A stretch of 46,583 bases of DNA. It comes from a virus. The translations under genes were made by a program, and so were the position numbers. The stretch lies in the IMG/VR virus record IMGVR_UViG_3300004222_000002, positions 1 to 46,583 of that record; one strand, 5' to 3'. Positions 25,785 through 34,981 of this stretch are shown in pieces. How positions within the stretch are numbered: the first letter of the stretch is position 1; the number at the start of each line of letters is the position of its first letter. A model generated the notes under the pieces. The model made no database searches. It was given only the letters and a program-made list of their open reading frames with translations, and was not told the origin of the DNA.

Positions 25785-27382
25785 GCAGGCTCCTGCGTTG
25801 CGGGGTTCTTGGGGTTGCTCTTCGGCTGCTGGGGCGCAGCGGCGCCGGCCTTGGGCGTGGGCAGCATTCCGTCTTTGACCAGGCGCTCGTACTCGGCTAG
25901 CTTCTGGTCGTAGGTCTCGTCCCAGCCGCTGCCGAACAGTTCCCACTCGGCGCGCTCGCGCGTCATCAGCCGCGCGTCGATGGCCTCCACATAGGCCTGC
26001 ACTTCGGCCTTGGGATCGATGCTGCCCATGCTGTCGCCCGGCCAGGCGGCCCGCGTGTAGGCCCAGCGCAGCAGCGGGTCGGCAAAGAAGCCCGGCGCGG
26101 GCACGCGGCCAATGGCCACGGCCTCGGCCAGCCAGGTCTCGAACACGGGTTGGCAGAAGCTCAGCGACAGCCAGTAGCGCACGCTGCGGAAGTACACCCA
26201 GGCATCCAGCAGCGCAGCCTTGCTGGCGGAATAGCTGGAGTTGAATTGCTTGACCAGCAGCTCGAAGGGAAGGCCCAGGGCGATACCCATCTGCTTGATG
26301 ACTGCCTGAATGAAGGGCTCGAAATTGGGATTCGGCCGGGACGGGTTGACGAAGGTTGCCTTCTCGCCAGGTGCCAGCCCAACCACGGCCCCCATGCCCA
26401 GGGCAATGTCGGCAGGTGCCTCGCTGTGCGTCGCGCTGCCGCCGTCAAACACCGGCGCCGCGTTGCCGCCTGGCGCCTCGATGAACACCGTGAGGTAGGC
26501 GGTCAGCACCGCCGCCATGATCTCGGCCTCGGTATAGCGCGAGATCTGCTTGATGCAGTCGATGATTGGTGCCAGGTAAGGCACGCCCCGGGGCATTCCC
26601 GGACGCAGGCAGCGGAAGTGGTGCAGCATGCGACGCCGGCCGCTGCGGCCCAGGCGCTCGATCCATTCGCCCTTGTAAGCGCCTCCCGCTGTCGGCAAGC
26701 CGCTGCCCGGGTGCTTGTCGTACAGGTGGTAGGCCTCCGGGGCACCGTGAGCGTTCAGGCGCACGCCGCCGGAGACGGTGTCGCTGTCGGCCTTTCCGCC
26801 GGGGTTGCCGACGCGATCGGCTTCCAGCACCTGGATGCGCAGCTGGTAGGGCTGGGTGGCCGTGCGCTTGCCATCTGGCAGCAGAGAGAAGCAGTCACCA
26901 CTTTCCAGCGCGGACCGCAGGACCAGCGCCTGCAGCTGGTAGAAATTCTGCTTGCCCTCGATATCGCACTCAGTGCTGTCGGCCCACAGGCTGAACTCCT
27001 GCTGCACTTTGGCTTTCCAAGCCAGGGCGCGGTCCTTTGACCAGCCCAGCACCGCGAGGCTCGGCTGCGCGCTGAGCGCCAGGCCGGTGCCGACTACCCG
27101 GTCGATATTGGTGTTGATGGCACCCACCGCGATGGGGCTGGTGCGCGCCAGTTCGCGGGATGCGCCGCGCTGGAAAGGCAGTTGGCGCATCGTGTCCGAC
27201 CGGGCGTCCCGGGGACGCGGATTCCAGAAGCGGCGTGGAGAGGCAGAGCCGGCGGATGGCATCTCGCCGCCCATGGCCTGCATTGCCCCCAGCGTCTGGA
27301 CCTTGGCGCGGGACAGCGCCCTATCGGCCGCCCAGCCCGGAGCCACCGCTGCAATCGCGCGGTCAAGCAGATTGAGTTCCAT
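25781..27382 (-). CDS. Portal protein, lambda family
   Basis: 533 aa, positioned between gpW and the protease. Overall similarity to lambda gpB-type portals, judged by eye. Confidence 0.8.
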   Translation of the reverse strand: MELNLLDRAIAAVAPGWAADRALSRAKVQTLGAMQAMGGEMPSAGSASPRRFWNPRPRDARSDTMRQLPFQRGASRELARTSPIAVGAINTNIDRVVGTGLALSAQPSLAVLGWSKDRALAWKAKVQQEFSLWADSTECDIEGKQNFYQLQALVLRSALESGDCFSLLPDGKRTATQPYQLRIQVLEADRVGNPGGKADSDTVSGGVRLNAHGAPEAYHLYDKHPGSGLPTAGGAYKGEWIERLGRSGRRRMLHHFRCLRPGMPRGVPYLAPIIDCIKQISRYTEAEIMAAVLTAYLTVFIEAPGGNAAPVFDGGSATHSEAPADIALGMGAVVGLAPGEKATFVNPSRPNPNFEPFIQAVIKQMGIALGLPFELLVKQFNSSYSASKAALLDAWVYFRSVRYWLSLSFCQPVFETWLAEAVAIGRVPAPGFFADPLLRWAYTRAAWPGDSMGSIDPKAEVQAYVEAIDARLMTRERAEWELFGSGWDETYDQKLAEYERLVKDGMLPTPKAGAAAPQQPKSNPKNPATQEPA

Positions 27383-27388
27383 GGCCGT

Positions 27389-27631
27389 TTACCGGGGGGA
27401 CAGGTAAGCGACGCGGCGCACGCGGCCGGTCCGGCCCTGCAGGCGTTCGATATTGGCGCGGCACTGCTCGATCCCTGCGCGAACCTGCTCGAGATCGGCA
27501 CGGCGGTTGCGCCTGGCGGTCTGTCCGTTGCCGATCATGTATTCCTGCGAGTTCAGGATGCGTTGCTCGGCGTCGAGATAGGACTGCAGGCGCTCGCGCT
27601 CCTGCGTCAGCTCAGTGGCGGCATCAGTCAT
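27389..27631 (-). CDS. Head-tail joining protein gpW-like (80 aa)
   Basis: Small helical protein directly upstream of the portal gene. Its ATG overlaps the upstream stop (TAATG). Confidence 0.65.
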   Translation of the reverse strand: MTDAATELTQERERLQSYLDAEQRILNSQEYMIGNGQTARRNRRADLEQVRAGIEQCRANIERLQGRTGRVRRVAYLSPR

Positions 27632-28383
27632 TACCAAGATCCTTTGGATTGCAGGTCGGCGATCGCACGCTCGAACTCGGGGCGGAAGCGCGCCAGCGCC
27701 ACACGCTGCACGGTGCCGCTGAAGTCGAGCCGAACCGAGTAGTCCGGCGCGTCGCTGGTGAAGACGAACAGGGCGCGCAGGCGCTTGCCCTCGCGCCGCC
27801 AGATGCCGTCAGGCCGACCACCGCCCTGCGGCTGGCCTACGAACATGTCGTTGGCCAGGCGCCGGCCCTTGCGCAGCTTGGCACCCGTGGCACGGTCGCG
27901 CGTGGAGCTGGCGGCGCGGATGCCCTTGAGGGCGTTGAGGATGGTGCGAACCTGGGCGCCGCTGACGTTGCCGTAGGCGTCCAGCTTGGCCGCTGCGCCC
28001 GGCATGGCGTACTGCGTGGGCGACAGCACGCCCTGGTAGCGCAGGGCCATCTCCAGACCCTTGTGCTTGCGCACGCCGCCCTCGACCTCCGGGAACAGGA
28101 AGTTTTCCGGGGCGACGCCCGGGGCATGCGCGCCGGTCTTGACCATGACGCGCGCCATCAGGTTGTCCTTGGTGGCGGGCTCGATGCGCAGCGCGTTGAG
28201 CGTGTAGGGAACGGGGTTGGAGAACACCTTGCGCATCTCGGCCGGCAGATCCTCGGCCTGTGCCTGCTTGGCGCAGCGAGTCAGCGCCGTGGCCGCCGCA
28301 TAGGGGATCATGCGCGACGGCACACCGCGCACGGACGCGATCACGTCGGCGATCGAGGCGCCCGTGCGTTGGATGGAAAGCAT
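27631..28383 (-). CDS. Hypothetical protein (250 aa), first gene after the late promoter/terminator module
   Basis: ATG 28383 with a GGAGA Shine-Dalgarno. Translationally coupled to gpW. No recognisable motif. Confidence 0.55.
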   Translation of the reverse strand: MLSIQRTGASIADVIASVRGVPSRMIPYAAATALTRCAKQAQAEDLPAEMRKVFSNPVPYTLNALRIEPATKDNLMARVMVKTGAHAPGVAPENFLFPEVEGGVRKHKGLEMALRYQGVLSPTQYAMPGAAAKLDAYGNVSGAQVRTILNALKGIRAASSTRDRATGAKLRKGRRLANDMFVGQPQGGGRPDGIWRREGKRLRALFVFTSDAPDYSVRLDFSGTVQRVALARFRPEFERAIADLQSKGSW

Positions 28384-28393
28384 GGATGGAGTC

Positions 28394-28434
28394 TCCAAAA
28401 CAAAGCCCCCGACTCCTTTCGGAGACCGGGGGCT
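28394..28434 (-). terminator. Strong intrinsic terminator (tR'-like) just upstream of the head genes
   Basis: Minus strand reads AGCCCCCGGTCTCC-gaaa-GGAGTCGGGGGCT followed by TTGTTTTGG. The RBS of the next gene follows immediately. Confidence 0.65.
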
Positions 28435-28494
28435 GATACCGACTTTCGCTGCTGCGGTTGGGTGTCGGGAGGATGTTTTCTGCGTCAGGCGGAT

Positions 28495-28569
28495 TTTTTA
28501 GACCTACCTGAATTGATGCCAATTTTGGGCCAAAGTGTCATATCAAAGCGAGCCCTAAATTGTCATATC
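28495..28569 (-). promoter_or_regulatory. Candidate late promoter (TTGGCA-16 nt-TAAAAA) with two upstream GATATGACA direct repeats
   Basis: On the minus strand the -35 is at 28522-28517 and the -10 at 28500-28495. GATATGACA copies lie at 28569-28561 and 28544-28536, 25 bp apart. The module sits directly downstream of the Q-like gene. Confidence 0.4.
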
Positions 28570-28582
28570 CAGAGCTGACACT

Positions 28583-29077
28583 TTATTCCTTGACTTCTGC
28601 GCTATTGCCTGGATTCCATTCCTCAAGAATGGCCTGTGACGCAGAGTAAAGCCGCTTTCGGAACGAGGCCAGCACCAGGTAGTAGTGCTGTCGGCTGATT
28701 TCCAGCGCAGAGGCGGCGACCTTCACGGGCGTGACCCGATGCACGTAGTAGAGGTCGAACACGCGCTTGTCCAACGCATCCGGCTGGCACTGGTATGCGA
28801 GGTGGAAGGCCGCCAGTTCGGCGCTACAGGCCGCATTCGGACCATCAGTACGCAGCGGCCTGGTGCGTGAGCCGCTGAGCTGGCCAAGGATGGAGCCCAT
28901 GCTCGGCGACGGACCGTAGAAGCGCCGCGTGGCTTTCCAGGCCACCCAGCGCTCGCACAGCTGGTCGAGATCTCGCTGCTCATCACCGGCATCTGGCTCG
29001 GCATCGTCATCCTGGCCAGGCGCGGCGGCTGCCAGGCGCAGGGCTTCGGGGTCGTGTAGATCGTCGTGGCGGGTCAT
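28583..29077 (-). CDS. Late-gene regulator: Q-antiterminator-like or sigma-70 region-4-like protein (164 aa)
   Basis: N-terminal LCERWVAWKATRR...SILGQL and C-terminal HTH (VFDLYYVHRVTPVKVAASALEISRQHYYLVLASFRKRL) resemble the Phage_antitermQ/sigma r4 layout. Its ATG overlaps the terL stop (ATGA). Confidence 0.5.
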   Translation of the reverse strand: MTRHDDLHDPEALRLAAAAPGQDDDAEPDAGDEQRDLDQLCERWVAWKATRRFYGPSPSMGSILGQLSGSRTRPLRTDGPNAACSAELAAFHLAYQCQPDALDKRVFDLYYVHRVTPVKVAASALEISRQHYYLVLASFRKRLYSASQAILEEWNPGNSAEVKE

Positions 29078-31230
29078 TGGATTCCTCTCGAATAAATGCG
29101 GCGGCCAACTGGCGCCGGGCGGGCAAGGGGTGGCAGGGGTGAAGGGGCCGCGACAGGCGGCGGGGGCGGGACAGGTGCCGGTGGAGGCATTGCGGGCGGC
29201 GGCAGGACCACGGTCGCCGGGCTCGGCACTTCGGCATGTACAGACGTCTGTACATGCCAGCGTGCCGGCATCGGGACGGGCGCCACAGGCGCGGCCGGCT
29301 CGGGCGCTGGCGGCGCCGCCAGCACGGGGGCCGGCACTGGCGCCGGTACAGGTGCAAACAGATCACCGATGGGCGGGATCAGCTTGTCGCGCAGCCGCTG
29401 CCAATCCAACGGGGTCCACTTGTGCAGGCCCAGCTGATGGGCGATGGCAAGGTTGTAGACGCTGACGTCCCAGGCCTCATTGCGCGCGCCATTGGGCTTG
29501 ACCCATTCGCGGATGGCGCGACCCTTCTGCCAGCGCGTACGCGCCTGCTCAACCACCATCTGGTCGAACCATTCGGGTGGCAGCGCATCGTTGAAGTGCA
29601 TGGCGCCCGGGCCTTCGGCCAGCTGCATGCGGTTGGAAAGCCAGTCCTTGGCGACGTCGGTACCGACCGTCCACAGCTCCACGCCGCCGGGCGTCTTGGT
29701 GCCGCCCCAATCGATGTCCACGCGGCTGGGAGCGCTGCCCATGATGGGCTTGTTTGGGCGCGAGGAACCATGCAGCACCGTGCAGTTCAAGGTGCGGCGC
29801 GCTGACCCGTAGTTGTAGACGTCCTGCGTGTTCGCGCCGCCGGCATCGATGCCATAGGCGCTGATCATGATGGGCCGGCCCGATGCGTGCAGCAGCGGCG
29901 TGCGCCGGATCTCGTCCAAGCGCTGCCACACGCTGCCCGGGGTATCGGGCGGGTCAGTTGGCGCGCCGTTGAGGACGATGTAGTCGATCACCCAATGCTC
30001 TAGGCCAGGCCCCCAGGCCTCGATCTGCACCTCCAAGCGGTTGGGCTGGGTGTCAGCCGTCAGGATGGCCACCAGGGCCGCATCGGGGAGCACGCGCAAC
30101 GGGTACTTCTCCGCGCGATCGCGCAGCTGTTTGGCCGTGGTCACGGTCTCAGAATTCTTGTACGACAGGCCCAAGCGCGTGTTGTAGAACACCTGCATGC
30201 CCTCATGGTCGCCACGCGCCAGGCGGTCCTTGGCCCGGGCGTACTGTCGCGCCAGCGTGAGCCATGTCACCGCACCGACAGGCATGTAAAAGGCCGACAG
30301 CGTGAAGCTGACCGTCTCCCCATCACCCTGCGCCGTGGCGACCCACCGCGCCCGTCCGCCTGCGGCCTCGTCGCGCAGCATCATGGTCTTGTGCCGCTCG
30401 TCGATCTCACACCAGCAGTGCGGGCAGACGAACCAGGCGCGATCCATGAAGCCCGTTTCTTCGTCTCGCCGGAACCTGAAGTTCTCCAGCAGCAGCGGCT
30501 GCAGTTCACCGCAATGTGGACAAGGGACGTGGTAGTACTCCTTGGTGCCCATCTCGAACAGCGTGTCGATCTTCGAGAAGCCCTCGATGGCGGGGCTCGA
30601 GGTATAGAAGAATTTGCTGTCGTTCGCGTACTGTGTGGCCCGGGCCTCGGCCAGTTCGACGGGATCGCCTTCGCCGTCCACGTTCAATTCGAGGCGGTCG
30701 ATCTCATCGACGTAGATGTAGGGGGCGGAGACTTCGGCCAGGTTGGCAGCCGAGCCGGCCGTATTCATGTACAGGGTCGCATCGCCCAGGAAATCCTTGG
30801 CCTGTACCGTGTTGCGGGAATCCCGGCTCTTGGCAGCGGCCACACGCTCGGCCAGCTCAGGCACGTTACGGATCATCGTGGAGACCCGCGCCGAGAAACG
30901 CTTGACCAGGGTATCCGTGGGCTCGAGGGCAAGGATGTTGCGCGGCCTGCGATGGATCAGGGAGGCGATCCAGTTGAGCGCCGTCTGCGTCTTGAACATC
31001 TGCGACGCGACCTTGGCGACCACGCGCTTGCAGGGGTGCCCCGGCGAAAGCACCTGGTGCACGCGCCGGGCGGGGTAGCTGTGATCGAAGCGGAACTCGC
31101 CCGGTTTGGGACCGCTCTTGGGCAGCTTCATGAACTCTTCGGCCCACTCGTCGCAGCGCAGCTCGGGGTCCGGGCGCATGCCCTCGACAGCTGCCTGGAC
31201 CATCAGTCCATACCCATCTGCGAGGTTCAT
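29074..31230 (-). CDS. terL: Terminase large subunit, lambda gpA family, with a 93-aa Pro-rich C-terminal extension
   Basis: 718 aa with gpA-like sequence throughout the first ~625 aa. ATGA-coupled to terS. Confidence 0.85.
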   Translation of the reverse strand: MNLADGYGLMVQAAVEGMRPDPELRCDEWAEEFMKLPKSGPKPGEFRFDHSYPARRVHQVLSPGHPCKRVVAKVASQMFKTQTALNWIASLIHRRPRNILALEPTDTLVKRFSARVSTMIRNVPELAERVAAAKSRDSRNTVQAKDFLGDATLYMNTAGSAANLAEVSAPYIYVDEIDRLELNVDGEGDPVELAEARATQYANDSKFFYTSSPAIEGFSKIDTLFEMGTKEYYHVPCPHCGELQPLLLENFRFRRDEETGFMDRAWFVCPHCWCEIDERHKTMMLRDEAAGGRARWVATAQGDGETVSFTLSAFYMPVGAVTWLTLARQYARAKDRLARGDHEGMQVFYNTRLGLSYKNSETVTTAKQLRDRAEKYPLRVLPDAALVAILTADTQPNRLEVQIEAWGPGLEHWVIDYIVLNGAPTDPPDTPGSVWQRLDEIRRTPLLHASGRPIMISAYGIDAGGANTQDVYNYGSARRTLNCTVLHGSSRPNKPIMGSAPSRVDIDWGGTKTPGGVELWTVGTDVAKDWLSNRMQLAEGPGAMHFNDALPPEWFDQMVVEQARTRWQKGRAIREWVKPNGARNEAWDVSVYNLAIAHQLGLHKWTPLDWQRLRDKLIPPIGDLFAPVPAPVPAPVLAAPPAPEPAAPVAPVPMPARWHVQTSVHAEVPSPATVVLPPPAMPPPAPVPPPPPVAAPSPLPPLARPAPVGRRIYSRGIQ
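29233..29258. repeat. 26-bp perfect palindrome inside the 3' extension of terL
   Basis: GGCATGTACAGAC|GTCTGTACATGCC. It is AT-richer than its proline-codon surroundings. Confidence 0.7.
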
Positions 31231-31808
31231 TGCGAGGCCTCCCCGGGCAAGACGCCCTGCAGCCTGCGTTCGGCAGCACCGAAGGCCTTGAGCATCTCGT
31301 CGTGGATGATCCTCTCGATTGCGCGCGAGTCGGCAAGGCCCACCAGCTGCGGCGCTGCGCGCTGGGGCACGCCCATGGCCTCGTCGCGCAGCGCGCGGAA
31401 GGCATCGAAAACGCCGCGCCAGGCCGCCTCGCGGGCCACCAGCAGCTTGGCCTCGCGGGCGTTCTCGCGTTCTTCGCGCTCAACCGACGCACGCTCCCGG
31501 CGCACGCGCAGGCTTTGGTAGTCATCGTTTGGCGCAGCGGCTGGGGAATCCTGGCCCTGTGCCGCGTTTTCAGCGGTGGACCGCCCTCCCCCTTGCTCTA
31601 TCGGCAGCGACGCGCCAGCGCGCCCGCTGTCGGCCCTGGCGCGCGTGTTCTGCTGCCACTGGATGTCGGCCACGGCCGGATCGATCTTCCCGTCGATCAA
31701 GGTGATGCGCTGTTCCTTCACGGCCTTGGCCACGGCGGACTTCGCCACGCCCCGGCGCCTCGCGTACTCGGCCTGCGTGACCAGCTCGACGCGCCCGTTC
31801 ACTTCCAC
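31227..31808 (-). CDS. terS: Terminase small subunit (Nu1-like, N-terminal HTH)
   Basis: N-terminal VTQAEYARRRGVAKSAVAKAVKEQRI winged-HTH-like segment. Lies immediately upstream of terL. Confidence 0.7.
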   Translation of the reverse strand: MEVNGRVELVTQAEYARRRGVAKSAVAKAVKEQRITLIDGKIDPAVADIQWQQNTRARADSGRAGASLPIEQGGGRSTAENAAQGQDSPAAAPNDDYQSLRVRRERASVEREERENAREAKLLVAREAAWRGVFDAFRALRDEAMGVPQRAAPQLVGLADSRAIERIIHDEMLKAFGAAERRLQGVLPGEASQ

Positions 31809-31859
31809 CCCCAGCGTTCACCACTTCGTTCACTTTTCCCCAGACCAGCCACTAGCGCT

Positions 31860-32255
31860 CGCGCGGGGGCCGAATTACCCCCGGAAAATCCTGGGCCGGG
31901 AGTACCTATGCCGGGGGGTGGGGTATACCCCATGCCAGAGGTGGGGGCCGCCGCGCCGCCTGCCGTCGCCAGATCCTGCCTATCCATTTCTTCTTCCTCT
32001 CTTCTCAAAAAACAAAGAAGTGATTACGCGGTTACGAGCGCGCGTAAACACGAAACCCGCGCCACGCCTAGCGAGTTACACGATTACGTGGTTACGCACA
32101 CGTCGCACACGCATACCCGCGCCCATGCACACACGCCCGCACCCGCACACCCACACACATGCATGTGTGTGAAGCGCGTAACGGCATAACCGCGTAACAA
32201 CCCGCGCCGTTGCTGGATTCCAGCGTTACGCGCCCGCGTAATGGCGTAACCAGCC
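31860..32255. repeat. Repeat-rich noncoding region: candidate cos site/terminase-binding sites and/or replication origin
   Basis: GGGGG-N8-CCCCC (31865-31882). TGGGGTATACCCCA (31919-31932). GTTACG-type motifs at 32024-32097 and inverted CGTAAC-type motifs at 32176-32250, flanking the 18-bp palindrome ACACACATGCATGTGTGT (32153-32170). Confidence 0.6.
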
Positions 32256-32259
32256 CGCA

Positions 32260-33918
32260 TCACTGACCTCCCTCTGGCTCATGCCCTTCGGGGGAAGGGG
32301 CGCCGCTGCCGTATCCCATGTACTTGCGCAGTGCATCGCCGAAGTCACGCACCGCAGTGGTGGCCCACTCGCTCTCTGTCATGCGCTGGTCGCCCTCGCC
32401 CAGAATCGGATCGGTCACCAAGAACATTCGCTCGGTCTTCTTCGCGGCACCAGGCCGCGTGACATTCATTGGCTTGACCCGTGCCGGGTACCCCTGCCCC
32501 TCAGAGAAACGCAGGACCATTGGGGTGAAGCGCGTTTGCTTCTCGGGGTAGCGATCGCCGGATCGCTGGCACCACTTGAGGTAGGCGGCATAGGCCTGGC
32601 TGACGGCGCAGGCGTTGTAGGGCAGGTCCAGCTCGCCGGCCTGCCACTCGCTCCAGAAGATCTCGGGGCTCTTGCGGTTGATCTCGATCAGCGCCGTCTT
32701 GGCTTCCGTCATGGGGGCCGGGGCGTAGGGGTGGAAGTCCCCCAGCGGGTACTTGAGCAGGTAGTCGTAGAACGCGGCCACGCCCCCGTTGTCGCGCCAC
32801 TCGCCCAGCTTCTTGTAGTACTCGATGTCCTTGGCCCGGGGCGTGTACACCACCAGGTAGCGCCGGTCCGAGTTGTCCAGGGCGAGCGGCTGCAGCTCGT
32901 TCGACAGGAACGCGATGTTCATGTGGTTCTTCTCCTCGCGCCGCGTCAGATTCTTGGGATTGATCTGCACGGTCGGCGAGGTGATCAGCGCCTTCAGCCG
33001 GTTCTTGTTGTGAACCAGCTCGGCCCTGCTGGACACTTCGTCGCCCACCACGAACAGCTTGCAGCTGCGCCAATCGTTGAACTTGTCCTCCAGCTCATCC
33101 TGCCCCACCAGCGCCCCGTACTTGCCGTAGATGGCGACCATGATGTCGAACAGAAAGTTCTTGCCCGCGCCTTCGTCGCCGTGCATCACCACGGCCGTGC
33201 GCAGCTTGGCACCCGGGTGCTGCAGCGGGTAGGCCAACCAGCGCAGCAGCCAATGCATGATGTCGCCGGTGTCGGCCTCATCTGGCGTGGCCCGGCTGGT
33301 CAGGTAGGAGATCAGCTCCAGCACGGGGGTCACGTCGCCGGCCTCGGGAACCATGGCCATGCCGTCGAACAGATTCACCGTGGTGACCGGGTCGGCCTTC
33401 ATCGTCGGATCGAAGACCACGTCCTCCAGCCGCACCGTCTTGCGCTTCTCATTGGCCTTCCACATGCGGACCATTTCGGCGCCGTGGGCGTGGCCCATGT
33501 TGGCGATCTTCATGATCATCCGCTCGGCACCGTCCCATACGGTGTCCGTGCCGTAGATCAGCACGAAGTTCTCGGCCAGGTGGTTGAACTTCCCCCAATC
33601 GACCGTCTTCTCCTTTTTCTTGCCCTGCACTGGCGGATCGGCCTTGTCGGCAGGGGCCTTGCCACCCCCATCCCCAGAGTCGCGCGCAGCTGCGCTCACT
33701 TTGGGGGGGCGGGGGGGCGACGAACGAGATGGCTCGGCCTGCGCCTCGCCTGGCGGCACGCGCACACCTGACTGAAAGTCGACGTGCACGACAGAGTTAT
33801 CCAGCGGCGCTGGCGCGCCGAGAGCCGACGAAGCATGCGACTCTTCGGTCGCATGCGGTGGCGGCGGGGGCGGGAACGAGGCCCCGCCAGCGTCGATATC
33901 GTCGGTGTGCTCAGCCAT
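32260..33918 (-). CDS. SF3 primase-helicase (D5/P4-alpha C-terminal, DUF5906-like NTPase)
   Basis: Walker A HGDEGAGKNF and Walker B LFVVGDE. The D5_N-like upstream region and low-complexity N-terminus are typical of phage/plasmid primase-helicases. Confidence 0.75.
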   Translation of the reverse strand: MAEHTDDIDAGGASFPPPPPPHATEESHASSALGAPAPLDNSVVHVDFQSGVRVPPGEAQAEPSRSSPPRPPKVSAAARDSGDGGGKAPADKADPPVQGKKKEKTVDWGKFNHLAENFVLIYGTDTVWDGAERMIMKIANMGHAHGAEMVRMWKANEKRKTVRLEDVVFDPTMKADPVTTVNLFDGMAMVPEAGDVTPVLELISYLTSRATPDEADTGDIMHWLLRWLAYPLQHPGAKLRTAVVMHGDEGAGKNFLFDIMVAIYGKYGALVGQDELEDKFNDWRSCKLFVVGDEVSSRAELVHNKNRLKALITSPTVQINPKNLTRREEKNHMNIAFLSNELQPLALDNSDRRYLVVYTPRAKDIEYYKKLGEWRDNGGVAAFYDYLLKYPLGDFHPYAPAPMTEAKTALIEINRKSPEIFWSEWQAGELDLPYNACAVSQAYAAYLKWCQRSGDRYPEKQTRFTPMVLRFSEGQGYPARVKPMNVTRPGAAKKTERMFLVTDPILGEGDQRMTESEWATTAVRDFGDALRKYMGYGSGAPSPEGHEPEGGQ

Positions 33919-34981
33919 AGCGCCTCGCCATCGCCTCGACCACGCCCACCAGCTGCCGGCGCACCACGTCCAGGCCCTCGAGGACGTGCAGATCGTTGAA
34001 GTCGGTATCCTTCGGCCCCCGTGTCAAGGGCTTGAAGATCGGCCAGACCAAGTCGCAGCCGTCCGTGGCTTTGGCCGCACGGCGCGCGGCCGTGCGGCCC
34101 GGGTTGAGCAGCGCCCCCGTGCGCTTGTCCCTGGTCATGTAGTCGTCGTCGGCCAGGATCAGGATGCGCGTGGCCGGGAACAGCGCCCGCAGCACGCGCA
34201 CGACCTCGGCCAGGTTGCCGGCGTCGAGGGCCACGAACACCGGGTGCTGGTGGTCCACCGCCATGCGGGCGGTCAGGCCTGTGGCATAGCCCTCGACCAC
34301 CATCAACAGCGCCGTGCTGCCGGCGTCGATCTCACCGAGGCGGATGCAGCAGCCCGGCTTGTCGAAGGCCCGCAGGTAGATCTTCATCCCGTCCGGCTTG
34401 ATGAACTGCAGGCCGCGCAGTGCCTGGTCTCGGGGCAGATCCGGCCGCACCAGGGGCAGTAGCGTGGTGCCAACCGGCAGGCGCACCACCACGTCATCCT
34501 CGCCACGCTTGCGGGAAGGCCAGCGCAGCGAAATCGGGCGATCGAGCGCACGGAAGGCCTCGCCCTGCACCTGCTTGCGGTCCAGATACGGCGTAGTGGC
34601 CGCGCGCACGCCCTTGCGCCAGATATCGATGGCCTCGGCCGCAGCGTTGGCGATCTCCTGTGCGCGCTCAAGTGCTGCTGCCTCGGCCAGGGCCTTACGG
34701 TGGGCGGCCTGGCGGGCGCGCTCGGCCTCGGACAGCGGCGCCAGGTCAATCTCCACCCGCTGCCAATCGCCGCCATGACGATAGGTGCCGAACGAGCCGA
34801 CCACATACGTGCCGCCAGCGTCTGGCTGCCACAGGTGCAGCTTGTACCAGTCCTTCCCGCCTTTGCCGCACGTGGTCTTGCAGCCCTTGCGTATGCGGTC
34901 ATCCATGAGGCGGAGATCCCGGTCGCGCAGCTCAATCCCGAAGTACTCCATTTGGCGCAGGACATCCTGATAGTTGTCCAT
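33911..34981 (-). CDS. Toprim-domain DNA primase
   Basis: MVVEGYATGL (Toprim Glu) and ILILADDD (DxD) motifs. N-terminal Cys/His-containing region. Confidence 0.7.
   Translation of the reverse strand: MDNYQDVLRQMEYFGIELRDRDLRLMDDRIRKGCKTTCGKGGKDWYKLHLWQPDAGGTYVVGSFGTYRHGGDWQRVEIDLAPLSEAERARQAAHRKALAEAAALERAQEIANAAAEAIDIWRKGVRAATTPYLDRKQVQGEAFRALDRPISLRWPSRKRGEDDVVVRLPVGTTLLPLVRPDLPRDQALRGLQFIKPDGMKIYLRAFDKPGCCIRLGEIDAGSTALLMVVEGYATGLTARMAVDHQHPVFVALDAGNLAEVVRVLRALFPATRILILADDDYMTRDKRTGALLNPGRTAARRAAKATDGCDLVWPIFKPLTRGPKDTDFNDLHVLEGLDVVRRQLVGVVEAMARRYG

Noticed and set aside
22851-33771. Long plus-strand ORFs over the head, terminase and helicase genes (22851..24140, 24748..25878, 26150..27040, 27649..28578, 30205..31521, 32281..33771).
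   Set aside because: They are shadow ORFs antisense to recognisable capsid, protease, portal, terminase and SF3 helicase genes. They have no motifs and a wrong codon-position GC pattern.
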